Positions 38,972-51,500 of a stretch of DNA of 64,000 nt are shown here, one piece after another. The notes below the pieces were generated by a model. It was not told where the DNA came from and did no database searches. It saw only the letters and a program-made list of their open reading frames with translations. The first letter of the stretch is position 1; each line of letters starts with the position of its first letter. The stretch lies in NCBI GenBank assembly GCA_951406725.2, contig OX597814.1, positions 123,566,001 through 123,630,000 on the forward strand, written 5' to 3'. The DNA is from Octopus vulgaris. Lineage: Eukaryota. A program made the translations under genes and the position numbers.

Positions 38972-40794
38972 GTAAGTGAAAATTGCTGTATCACAGTTAT
39001 TGTTTTATTGACTAGTTGCGTGTTATACAAGCTAATAATTATACACTAATAAGTACTATTAATCTATATTTCTCTATAATATCTATCCCCGTGCTTATAC
39101 AAAACAAATCAGTATTACTTGCGTAAAATAAGTGCAAGTCTTTTACGAAAGTTGGGTCGACGAGTCAGTTTCGATCTTCGATTGAAACTGATTCACCGAC
39201 AGAATTGTAACTGGAAAAATATTGACAACTTCCATTTCCATATATAACTAGATTTGTGATTGTCTCGCTTCCAGAAATCTGTGTAGTGTAGCGGTAAAAA
39301 TCTCTATTTCGATTCCTAATTACTTACCGACCATGGAATTCTAGAATATCGCCATTGTAGCTATTTTAACAATTCAAAACCTCTACCTAGACGACATTCC
39401 CATGTCTCTATTAAACATGTAACATCCCAAATCTCAACAGTAAAAGATCATCTGGATATGCAAGTGGCGCAGTTTGTTGCTGCAGCACAGTTCAAATACG
39501 CTTTTTTTCTTACACATACACATTTTTCCACTTCACTCCCCAAAACCAACCTCACAGACACAGTAGTAACAACCCCAGAACACGACTGCAACACTCCCAT
39601 TCGTTCAGATCAGACACATCAGCAACGCACTAGAACAGTAACACAAGACTATCTCCCCGCCTCATTCAATTCAATCATATCTACAACACCACAAAACACT
39701 ACCGCAATGTCATCTTAAAAACATAACCTTCTTTCTCAGACCAGAGACCTCTGGTCTGAGTGTGAAGAATAATATTTTTGAGTCTATGCAAAATTCATAA
39801 TAGGCTCAAAGTTAGATGTAAAATCATTGTCCTCCCGTTCTTCCATGTTTGCAGGGTTGACTGGATCTTCTCTTGTGCTGCATTTCGCTGTTGCAATTCT
39901 TTGCCATCTCCTCTGAGGAATTCAGCCTCTTGAAATCATCTTTTATCACTTCTTCACTTGTCTTTCTTGTTGGTCCCATTTCAGCTGGATAAAGGCCCAA
40001 GCTAGCTTTGAAACGTAGATGAGTCCTGTTTGAAATTATTTGTTAAGTATTAAAAACATGATTTCTGTATGGGTTGGGATATATTCATGTGGTATACATG
40101 TACATACAAGAGACAGTTCAAAACACATTGGTTGGTGGAAGAATGGAAACAACATAAGGTTGAAACACTCTAGTCTGGCTGAAGATATGACAATCTCTGT
40201 ATTGTTGGTGCTTTTATTAAAATGTACTCAGTATGTTTTGTAAAGGGGTTGGTATTAGGAAGGGCATTCAGCCATAGAAACCATTCCAAAAATAGAACAT
40301 ACAAATGAGATGTGGTTCTCCAACTCATCTTGGGGAAGAGTATCTCTGAATAAGAATAAGAACTGGCTCGAACTGTTATGCTCTGTTCAATCCATTCTAG
40401 TGTGGAAAAGCACATATAAAGGATGATGTATGGTTTTACACAGGTCCATGCTCTTGTTTTTAACAGGGGGGAAGTTGGTACTTTCCATCTGGTCTGCTCT
40501 CAAAGCAGAATCTGTAACAGATTTAGAAAAGAAATTCTAGGTGTGGAAGCAAAACCTGGAATCAAAGAGCATTAAGGTTAACTTAGCAAAGACGAAGGTT
40601 CTGACTGGCCCTCGTGCCGGTGGCACATAAAAGTAGACACTACACTCTCAGAGTGGTTGGCATTAGGAAGGGCATTGAGCTGTCGAAACTTTGCCAGATC
40701 AGATTGGAATCTGGCTCACCAGCCCTCAGTCAAACTGTCCAACCCATGCCAGCATGGAAAGCAGACGTTAAACGATGATGAATTGAAGTTGAGG

Positions 40795-41175
40795 TTCAAC
40801 TTCAATTCCCACCATCCATACAGCGTAAAGAGAGGGATTGCTCAGTGTCTAAAACATTGTGCAAAAAATATAAGTAGCGATCGTGATACACACCATGAAG
40901 AAATGATCTGTTAAGCAACAACTACCCCAAAAGTATACTATCCACTCCAATTATGAAAAAGAGAGAAGATGAGACAAAAAAACTGTCCACATTCTGTCTA
41001 CCCTATATGAAAGGCCTCTCCAAAAAGATACTAAAGATATGTGGCCCATATGACATCAGGACAGTATTCAAGAGTAATACAACACTTCGGAAATATCTCC
41101 TTTGAGTAAAACCACCAATAGAAGAGAATATGACTGTGTGTACTCCATCCCACGCAGCTGTGGTAGGTTATACAA
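40795..41175 (+). mobile_element. Penelope-like element ORF fragment (RT C-terminus to start of GIY-YIG)
   Basis: FNFNSHHPYSVKRGIAQCL...LPYMKGLSKKILKICGPYDIRTVFKS...CVYSIP.SCGRLY, disrupted by stops and frameshifts. Confidence 0.75.
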
Positions 41176-41770
41176 ATTCAGATTAAAGCCTGGTCATACT
41201 ATCTTTTTCATCATCATCATCCAGTGTTTTAAATCTGAGTTTTGTCTCTGTTAACAGGGGTGGCCAAATCTACCTCAGTAGGTGCAGCCCACCCCAGTCT
41301 TTGGGCTGGCTGGTGCCCATTCTCCTTTGCTGTCATGAGGCTTTTTTGGAGCTAGATCTTCTACGGAGAGCATGCCCTTGCTTACCCCCAATCTCAGTTT
41401 CTAGATATGGATGGTCCCGAGACCAAGACGTCTACCACAATTTTTTTAAAATGTGGTGGGAAATTAGCTCAGGAAGGCAGGGATGCTACTGCTTGAGGCT
41501 CCTTTCGGAGCCCCTCTTCCATTCTTGTATAATAAAATTTGTTTTGCATGGATTCTGTGTACACTAACAGATTTCCACAAGTATATCCAGTAAAAGGAAT
41601 ATTCCTACTGTATGATAGCACATGGTAGCCGATAACCATTGAAGGGCTTTGAAATGCATGTTAAAAATATATGCCAGAATGAAAGAATGATATTAGATTA
41701 TTAAGATGACGATAATGATTAACCATTGCAAGAGCTCATCTAATTCTATGAGTTATGTTTTTATTTTCAG

Positions 41771-41904
41771 TTTATGAACTTCTTCACAGCTACAAACTGG
41801 AAGTCAGTGACTTGCATGATCACTGGATTGCTTTCCTCATGACTAAAAAAATGGATTTGGTTACAAAACCTTCACTGAAGTTGGCTTCAATAATGCAGAG
41901 AGAC
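41771..41904 (+). CDS. POLA2: POLA2 exon 2
   Basis: ttttcag| LYELLHSYKLEVSDLHDHWIAFLMTKK...MQRD |gtaagt; phase 1->0. Confidence 0.88.
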
Positions 41905-42930
41905 GTAAGTGACCCTTTGGCATTGTTTAAAGAAAATAATGTTTTTATTTTTAAATTCTATCTCTTATCATATCTAATAATACTAGGTATTATTATATCT
42001 AATAGTTCTCTGTATTATTATGCCTGATAATTAAATTTCTTGTCAATTCTATTTTTTATCATATCTTTATTCTCTCTCGCTCTCTCTCTCCACACACACA
42101 CATACAACATGTTTCTTTCAGTTTCTGTCTACTAAATCCTCTCACAAGGCTTTGGTCAGCCCAAGGCTATAGTAGAAGACACTTGCCCAAGGTGCCATGC
42201 AAGGGGACTGAACCCAGAACCATGTGGTCACGAAGCAAGCTTCTTACCACACATCCACACCTACATATATCTATCTATCTATCTATCTATATATATATAT
42301 AATTCCAAGAAAGTTAGAGGCTGTGAATCCAACCAACTAAGGGATAATATCTATTCAATATACTGCTGGTAGAATACCCAATTATTAATACAAAAGTGTT
42401 TTTTCATTGCATGGCAATTACACTACTGAATGTAATAAATGAGTGAGGGTAAAAAGTTGTTTTACCCTTAATTTATAGAGCAATAAGAAAATGGAGTGTT
42501 AGTTACTATATAACCACTTACCTAATTGGCAGAAATGTTCTTTGGTGGAATATTTTGTGAACACTGACTGGCTCCCAGCTGGTGGCATGTAAAAAGCACC
42601 CACTACACTCTTGGAGTGGTTGGTGTTAGGAAGGGCATCCATCAGTAGAAACCTTGCCAGATCAGACTGGGGCCTGGTGCAGCCTACTGGCTTGCCAGTC
42701 CTCAGTCAAACCGTCTAACCCATGCCAGCATAGAATGCAGATGTTAAACGATGATGATGATATTTTCTGGCATTGAGCTAATCAAATTTTTCAAACCCAA
42801 ATTTATAGCCAAAACAATTTGGTCAACTTATACACAAAGGCAATTTTGGAGGACCAAAAGCTCCATCTGAAATACATTAAGATTTGGAAAGATAATGATG
42901 ATGTTTGAGTGTTTATACTATATACTTTAA

Positions 42931-43314
42931 GCACAGGTGTGGCTGTGTGGTAAGAAGTTTGCTTCCGAACCTCTTGGTTCCAGGTTCAGTCCCACTGCGT
43001 GACACCTTGGGTAAATGTCTTCTACTATAGCCTTGGGCTGGCCAAAGCCTTGTGAGTGGATTTGGTAAATGGAAACTGAAAGCAGCCTGTTGTATGTATA
43101 TATATATATATATAATGTGTGTTATTGTATTTGTCCCCACCATCGCTTGACAACTGATGTTGGTGTATTTAAGTCTCTGTAACTTAGAAGTTCAGCAAAA
43201 GAGACCAATAGAATAAGTACTAGGCTTATGGAGAATAAGTCCTGGGGTCAATTTGTTCGACTAAAGGAGGTGCTCCAGTATGGCAGCAGTCAAATGACTG
43301 AAACAAGTAAAAGA
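42931..43314 (+). mobile_element. tRNA-derived CORE-type SINE, family B (copies e.g. 23581-23917 -, 28790-28960 +, 35862-36060 +, 48365-48530 +)
   Basis: A-box tggctgtgtgg, B-box ggttcagtccc, CORE-like accttgggcaagtgtctt, internal TA/TG microsatellite and tail ...gactgaaacaagtaaaaga. Confidence 0.8.
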
Positions 43315-43709
43315 ATACTACCAACTTGTATACCAGAAAATACAGAAAATGTCCATGTTGTATGTCCACTTGTCATCGTATACTGCTGATTGATAGCTAT
43401 TCACTGCTATTTATTTTGCTCTATCTTGCTTTCCTTTCAGAACGTCTGTCTTTACGTTCTGAGCACAAATTCCGCTGAGGTCAGCTTTGCCTTTCATTCT
43501 TTTGGTAAATGACTGACGCCCTCCCCCAAAATTTCAGGCCTTGTGCCTAGAGTTAAAATAATAATAATAATAATAATAATAAATTACTTTAGATATTCTA
43601 TCATTGCTAAGTAATTAGTAACTTTTGGTTGTTAAACTTCTCCAGCAGTTCTAAGAATTGATAATCACAGCTTTAAATTGAAACTAAACTGTTATTCTTA
43701 TATCTACAG

Positions 43710-43798
43710 GTTCTTGCTAAGAAAGCTATTGCTGCCAACAACAACAACAACAACAGCAGCATAACTGAAACAGAATCAATAGAAGATCCGTCAGGATT
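43710..43798 (+). CDS. POLA2: POLA2 exon 3 (ends at U12 donor)
   Basis: ctacag| VLAKKAIAANNNNNNSSITETESIEDPSG |GTATCCTTT; phase 0->2. Confidence 0.82.
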
Positions 43799-45347
43799 GT
43801 ATCCTTTATCGATGTCACAGTCCCTTTGATCTATACTTCTGATGCCAGTGTTAGGTGGAGCAATGTCTCAATATGAAGGGCTGTGATACACCAGTACCAT
43901 AGTTGTATGAGTGTTATATTGGTGAAAAATTAGTGTGGGGCAGTGAGCTGGCAGAAACGTTAGCACGCCAGGTGAAGTGCTTAGCGGTATTTCAGTTACG
44001 CACTGGGATTGATATAATCGACTTAATGGCCTCGGGCCGTCTGCCAGCCTCGTCTGGCACCTGTGTCGGTGGCACATAAAAAACACCATCCGAGCGTGGC
44101 CGTCTGCCAGCCTCGTCTGGCACCTGTGTCGGTGGCACATAAAAACACCATCCGAGCGTGGCCGTCTGCCAGCCTCGTCTGGCACCTGTGTCGGTGGCAC
44201 ATAAAATCACCCACTACACTCTCGGAGTGGTTGGCGTTAGGAAGGGCATCCAGCTGTAGAAACACTGCCAGATCTGACTGGCCTGGTGTAGCCTTCGGGC
44301 TTGCCAGACCCCAGTTGAACCGTCCAACCCATGCTAGCATGGAAAGCGGACGTTAAACGAACGATGATGAATGCGTTTGTCTGTCCTTGTTTGTCCTCTC
44401 TGTGTTTAGCCCCTTGTGGATAGTAAAGAAATAGTTAAGTACGACTGTTACTTAGTCTATAGTTATAATTGTTGTGATGTCCGGACAGTGGCTGTTGTCT
44501 CCCTTGTAAGACACTGCCATTTCTGATGACCAACAAACTCAGCCTTGCACACTGTACTTCTATTGTTTATACTATATCAAAAAATATGTTCCCATTACCT
44601 GAATGTATACTACATAATGTTTCCACTACCATACTGCAAACTACACGACCACCACCAACATATGTTCTCACTATGCACTATATATGTCCCCCATTACTTC
44701 ATTCCACCACAACACTATGTCCCCATTAACCACCACACATTGTCCTCACTACACATCACATAATATATCCTCATTAGCACACCCCCATACACCTTACAAT
44801 ATATCTTCACTACCGCCACACTACATCCCATACAATATATTCCCTCTATAACATTTTTTTCTTATTTTATTCACTCAAAAACTCATTTCCAAAGTTTGTA
44901 TCATTAAAACTCTAAAAACATTAAGAGATGTGAAATAATGTTTTTTTTTTATACTGAGGGTACTTGAAGTAGATAAAGCTGTAAATAATAGAATGTAAAT
45001 ATTGTGTTAAAAAGTCTCTTTGAGTAGAAAAAGTCGAATGCTGCCTCTTAGACTGCAACCCACATCTTCTGTAGAAAAATTTAAAGGATTGTTTTGGTAT
45101 AATGGTAGAACATCTGTCATGTCTACAGAAGATGTGTGTACAAGTCCTACAGGTAGCCTTCAATGTTTTCTATCCAAATGGTTTTTTATTAACCTAATAA
45201 TGTAATTATCTATAGCTTTATCTGCTATGAGTTCTACCTTTAAAAAAGAAAAAAAACGAATTGTTTCCAAAGTATTTTTGTACCATGAAATATTGGAATG
45301 TTCCCTCTACATATTACTGCTGATTATTTTCCTTGACCAGTGTCCAG
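43799..45347 (+). other. U12-type (minor spliceosome) GT-AG intron
   Basis: 5'ss GTATCCTTT; branch site TTCCTTGAC at 45329-45337, with the branch A 11 nt from the 3' end; no polypyrimidine tract between branch and AG; frame is preserved. Confidence 0.87.
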
Positions 45348-45390
45348 TGAAGATATGATGTCCATGTACAATGTAAAAACACCAAGTTCA
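45348..45390 (+). CDS. POLA2: POLA2 exon 4
   Basis: (F)EDMMSMYNVKTPSS, similar to vertebrate LLNSYTTPSK; |gtaagt; phase 2->0. Confidence 0.82.
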
Positions 45391-46780
45391 GTAAGTAAAA
45401 GATTGAATTGTTTGTTTAATGAGATAAAAGTTGTTTCTGATGGATTGCTCTGGTGAATTTTTAAAGTTGGCCAAATTTAGACCCAGAAAATGTTTGGAAG
45501 ATGGATCATGGGAAAAGCATCCCTGGAGTAGAGAGGGCATGTCATTGACAAGCTTACAAATAGTGATGAAAGGACTTTGACAAACCTGTTTGATTGATTT
45601 GTTACGAAGAAAGTGATGGAAATCTCTTTGGATTTTTGATTAACCAAATTTTTATTCTTTCCATAAATAAAAGGAAAATACTGTCATTACTATATATTAA
45701 TAGTTATCACCAAGCTAACATGGCAGTCCAGATAAATAGGATGAATGCTGCCGTTGATTAGCTCCAAGAGGCCATTGCCTCTAGCTAGCTATGTGACACA
45801 CAAACCTGTGTCCATTATAACCTTTGAACAGGGGAGGTCAGCAGCTTCTCCTTGTTGGTCTGGCATCGAGAAAGTTTGAATGTTATTGTTCTTGGTGTAA
45901 TTGTGGTAGCAGCCAAAAAGTTAGCTGTTGGTCATTACATTGCTGTTGCTGATTGTTCATTGTGGTTCTTGTCAGCAGTTGTCTACTTCTATTTGCCATC
46001 TGTCTACTGTTTCTCAGTGCTCTCTGTCAAGTAGCTAAGATGTGCTGAATATATACTGATGGATAGACTCAGAGAGAAAGGCACGAAAATGTTGGTATTA
46101 TTGCTGGAGTCAGTTTCAGGTGAAATCATGATTGGTTAGAATTTTCTATTCCGTGGGTAATATTCAGGCAAATCATGACACCAGGTGTAGTAATCTGACT
46201 GCTAAATATTCCTGCTACAGATTAAACAAACAATCAATCTAAAGATCGATTAGTTAATTGGTTAAATAGTTAACCAATTATGTCTGCCAAGCAGTGTGAG
46301 TTAGGAAATCTCTGCTGTTCATAATTCTTCATCATCATTTAACGTCCGCTTTCCATGCTTGCATGGGTTGGACGATTTGACTGAGGACTGGCAAACCAAA
46401 TGGTTGCACCAGGCTCCAATCTGATCTGGCTGAGTTTCTACAGCTGGATGCCCTTCCTAATGCCAGCCACTCCGAGAGTGTAGTGGGTGCTTTTATGTGC
46501 CACTGGCATGAGGGCTAGTCTGGCGGTACTGGCAACGGCCACGCTCAGATGGTGTTTTTTATGTGACACCTATACAGGAGTCAGTCCAGCAGCATTGGCA
46601 ACAACCTCACTCAAATGTTTTTTTCACGTGCCACTGGCACAAGTGCCAGTAAGGCAATGCTAGTAATTTAGAATAAATCTGGTTTGACATGTTTTTAACC
46701 TTTCTAATGTAGGTGGATGATATTTAGTTAATCTAGAAATTTCTCAAAAGTTAAAATGTTTGAAACTTTCTTCTATGTAG

Positions 46781-46881
46781 ATGTCTAAAAGTAAAAAACG
46801 ACCAAGATCTCCAGATATTCCCAAGAAGTCATTAAATACCAGTTTTAATGCACTACTACCAGAACTTTATTCCCCAAAGAG
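46781..46881 (+). CDS. POLA2: POLA2 exon 5
   Basis: ctatgtag| MSKSKKRPRSPDIPKKSLNTSFNALLPELYSPK |gtaatg; basic, SP-rich linker; phase 0->2. Confidence 0.82.
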
Positions 46882-47054
46882 GTAATGAAACTTTTATTTA
46901 ATCATTCAGTAACTGTAGGGTTTAGGTATTAGACAAGTGACCACATAGTTTGAATGTGGTCAAGAGTTTACCATAGGTCATTATGTCTCATCATCATCAT
47001 CATCATTTTAACATCCACTTTTGCATTCTTGCAAAAGCTGAAGTTTATTGAAGA

Positions 47055-47438
47055 CTAGCAGTATTGCCTGGTGTTGCTCAGGTTTGTTTTGACCCTTTAG
47101 AATTGGACTTTTTGAAAAGTAAAAATTTTGCATTATGTAGCTTGTTATTCTCTTTAAGTGAACATATTTCTGGTTGAAATACACTGAAAAATGGCGACAC
47201 AGCAGTAAAAAAAATCGTAAAAATAGGGATTTTCATAGAAAAAAAGCTCCTTTTTGATGTAAATAACTTTTGGTGTTAACATGGTCTGATTTGAATTCTT
47301 TCTTTTACGGAAGGAAGAGCAAGCTTTCCTCTATCAATTTTGGTCAACTTGCGCTGCAGGGTCTTGGAGGAGATAGTGTTAGTTGAAGGCTACCAAACCT
47401 GCTATACACAGACAACTTCAGCTTTATATATAGAGAGA
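47055..47438 (-). mobile_element. Helitron-like element (similar one at 25332-25870 -)
   Basis: 5' TCTCTCTATATATAAAGCTGAA resembles the start of the 15274 element; subterminal hairpin plus CTAG; inserted between A and T. Confidence 0.6.
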
Positions 47439-48531
47439 TTTTCTATGGCTGGATGCCATTCTTGTCACCAACCCTCACCTCTTTCCAAGCAAAGTAATAC
47501 TTCCCCATGGCCAGTTTTAGTGAAATTAATAGAAATGATTGACATTCATTTGCAACAATCATGTGATGTCAAGACAAAGAGACACATATGTATACTTTCT
47601 TACACACACACAGAGCAACAAGCTGGCCTCCGTACCGATGGAACGTTAAAAACACCATTCAAGCGGGATCGTTACCTCCGTCGCCTTTCTAGCACTTGTG
47701 CTGGTGGCACGTGAAAAAAAAATTCGAGCGAGGTCGTTGCCAGTGCCGCTGGACTGGCTTCTGTGCAGGTGGCACATAAAAAGCACCATTTGAGCGTGGT
47801 CGTTGCCGGTACCATCTGACTGGCCCTCGTGCCGGTGGCACATAAAAGCACCCACTACACTCTTGGAGTGGTTGGCGTTAGGAAGGGCATCCAGCTGTAG
47901 AAACTCTGCTAGATCAGATTGGAGTCTGGTGCAGCCATCTGGTTTGCCAGACCTCAGTCAAATCGTTCAACCCATGCAAGCATGGAAAGTGGACGTTAAA
48001 CGATGATGATAACACACATACAGTGAGCTTCTTTCAGTTTCTGCAAGGGCTTGGTTAATCTGGGATTATAGTAGAAGATGCCTACCAAAGATGCTATGCA
48101 GTGAGATTGAACCTGAAATCATGTAGGTGGTAAGCAAACTTCTTAGCCACACAGCCATGTCTGTACCTTATCTTTATTATATATAAAATCAAATAAGTTT
48201 GTGTACTGTGAGGAGAGGTGAGTTCTAATAGTTCAGACAAATTGTTGTTGGTTAACCCCAGGACACTCCTGATTCAAAAGACTCACAAGGGGGTGCTGCA
48301 AAGTTCCTGGCTTGAAGGATATTATGAAAGGCCTGGTTGGAGGCCTAACCTTCCGAATTCTTTAGGAGTGGCTGTGTGGTAAGTAGCTTGCTTACCAACC
48401 ACATGGTTCCATGTTCAGTCCCACTGCATGGCACCTTGGGCAAGTGTCTTCTACTTTAGCCTCGGGCTGACCAAAGCCTTGTGAGTGGATTTGGTAGACG
48501 GAAACTGAAAGAAACGCGTCATACATATATA

Positions 48532-51500
48532 TCATCATCATCATCATCATCATCATTTAGCGTCCGTTTTCCATGCTAGCATGGGTTGGACGGTTCTGCT
48601 GGGGTCTGTGAAGCCAGAAGGCTTCATCAGGCCCAGTCAAATCTGGCAGTGTTTCTACGGCTGGATGCCCTTCCTAACGCCAACCACTCCGTGAGTGTAG
48701 TGGGTGCTTTTTACGTGCCACCCGCACTGGTGCTAGACAGAGCTGGCAAACGGCCACGAACGAATGGTGCTTTTTATGTGCCACCGGCACGAGGGCCAGG
48801 CGAGGCTGGCAACGGACACGAAACGGGGCGGTGCTGGCAACGGTCGCGAAACGGAAAGTTCTCTTACATGCCACCGGCACTGGTAACACATCTGCAATTT
48901 CCATTGATCGATTTCGATTCTGATCCTCACTTGCCTCAATGGGTCTTCACAAGCAGAGTTTCGACATGCCACCGGCACTGGTAGCACATCCGCAATTTCC
49001 ATTGATCGATTTCGATTCTGATCCTCACTTGCCTCAACACGTCTTCACAAGTAGAGTTTTGTGTCCCAAGAAGGGAAGGTATGCATACGTAGGCTGGCTC
49101 CCTCCCATGTAGAAGGCCACGGGTTGTGGACTCACTTGTCCTGCCGGGTCTTCTCGTGCACAGCACACTTCCAGAGGTCTCGGTCTCTAGTCATTTCCTC
49201 AGTGAGACCTAAAGTTCGAAGGTCGTGCTTCACCACCTCGTCCCAGGTTTTCCTGGGTCTGCCTCTTCCACAGGTTCCCTCAACCGCTAGGGTGTGGCAC
49301 TTTTTCACACAACTATCTTCATCCATTCTCGCCACATGACCATACCAGCGCAAACGTCTCTCTTGCACACCACAACTGATGCTTCTTAGGTCCAGCTTTT
49401 CTCTCAAGGTACTTACACTCTGCCGAGTGTGAGTACTGGCATTACACATCCATCGGAGCATACTGGCTTCATTTCTAGCGAGCTTACGCATATCCTCAGC
49501 AGTCACGGCCCATGTTTCACTGCCATGTAGCATGGCTGTTCGTACACACGCATCATACAGTCTGCCTTTCACTCTGTGCGAGAGGCCTTTTGTCACCAGC
49601 AGAGGTAAGAGCTCTCTGAACTTTGCCCAAGCTATTCTTACTCTAGCAGTTACACTTTCAGCACACCCGCCCCCGCTGCTGACTTGGTCACCTAGGTAAC
49701 GGAAACTATCAACTATTTCTAGTTTTTCTCCCTGGAAAGTGACAGAAGTTGGTCTCAGAGCATTTTCAGTGTTTATTGTTCCTGAGCATCTGCCACATAC
49801 AAAAACCATCTTCCTAGTTAGCCTTCCTTTGACATTGCTGCATCTCTTATGTGTCCATAGCTTACACTTGGTGCATCTTATAGAGTTTCTACCTACACCT
49901 TTTCTACAGATCGAGCAGGGCCATCTACCTGAAGGTGTTTGTGATTTGTCAACCTTCCTACTGATTACGACTTTGGTTTTAGCTAGATTGACTCTGAGGC
50001 CCTTCGATTCTAATCCTTGTTTCCACACCTGAAACTTCTCCTCCAGTTCTGATAGCGACTCAGCAATTAGAGCAAGGTCATCAGCATAGAGGAGCTCCCA
50101 AGGGCATCCTGTCTTGAATTCCTCCGTTATTGCCTGGAGGACTATGATAAATAGGAGGGGGCTGAGTACTGAGCCTTGGTGGACCCCTACCTCTACCCGG
50201 AATTCTTCACTGTACTCATTTCCAACCCTCACCCTACTAGCGGCGTCCCTATACATGGCCCGCACAGCTCTCACTAACCATTCATCTATCCCTAGTTTTC
50301 TCATTGCCCACCAGATAAGGGATCGGGGACCCTGTCGAAGGCTTTCTCCATGTCAACAAAAGCCAGGTACAGGGGCTTATCTTTGGCTAGGTATTTCTCC
50401 TGCAGCTGCCTTACCAGGAATATAGCATCAGTAGTACTTTTCCCTGGCACAAACCCAAACTGCATCTCATCTAAACTAACTCTCTCTCTAATTAGTTGGG
50501 CTATGACCCTCTCCGTAACCTTCATCACCTGGTCCAACAGCTTGATACCTCTGTAGTTATTTGTATCTAGGGCATCACCTTTACCTTTGTAGCAGTTGAC
50601 TATTATACTGCTACACCAGTCATTGGGTATGACCCCTTTGTGTATCACCTGATTAACTATATGGGTGACTAGGCTATAGCCAACACTACCAGACATTTTG
50701 AGCATCTCTGCAGTGATTCCTGATGGGCCTGGGGCTTTCCCTGTCTTCATGCTTCTTATTGCCTTAGCTACCACAGAACTATCAACTCGGATAGCTGGTC
50801 CCTCTGTTGGGTCAACATTCGGCAGACTCTCTTTATCCCATTCATTTTCTTCATTCAACAACCTTTCATAGTGGCATCTCCAAACCTCTCTCTTTGCATC
50901 CTCATTTAGCGCAAGTGAACCATCTTCCATGCGAACACACTACTCTCCTACCACATCACGATTCTCTCTCACACACTGTCTTGCAACACGAAACACCTCC
51001 AGTCTTTGGTCCTCACGGCGCAGAACATTGGCAAATTTTTTCTTATCTGCTTCCCCTCTGGCTAAATAAACCTGTCTCCTAGCTTCTCTTTTGGCAGTCT
51101 GATACAATTCCCTGCTACCCCCATTTTTCCAGACCTTCCAAGCCTGTCTCTTTTCTCTAATAGCCCTGTCTACAATATTGTTCCACCACCACGTTATTCT
51201 AGGTCGAGAGGGGACTTTGCACCAGCCACAGATCTGGTCAGTGGCTCTCAGCAGGTTGTCCCTTAGAAACGTCCAGCTGTCTTCTACCCCCTGTGATGCT
51301 CTATCCCCTTCTACTTCGTCAGAGGCTTCAAGTAATATGTCCCTAAATCTCTGCCCATTTGCAGGATCTTTAAGCTTCCAGATCCTTCTTCTCCATATTT
51401 GTCGTCTTCTGGTTGTCCTAGTCCTGATCCTAAAGTCACTAACTACCAGTCTATGTTGTGGGGTACATTCTTCACCTGGGAAGGTTTTGGCATTTATAAG

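Noticed and set aside
39336-39352. Partial HSE (TTCtaGAA) in POLA2 intron 1
   Set aside because: Only two perfect units, which is expected by chance.
42931-43000. tRNA genes
   Set aside because: The A/B boxes belong to SINE heads, and no complete cloverleaf was found.
44036-44206. Regularly spaced repeats resembling a CRISPR array
   Set aside because: The units are contiguous identical tandem copies without unique spacers, the context is eukaryotic, and there are no cas genes.
50940-50942. Programmed readthrough or frameshift in the LINE
   Set aside because: RTE ORF2 is normally continuous; a point mutation plus a homopolymer indel is the simpler explanation.
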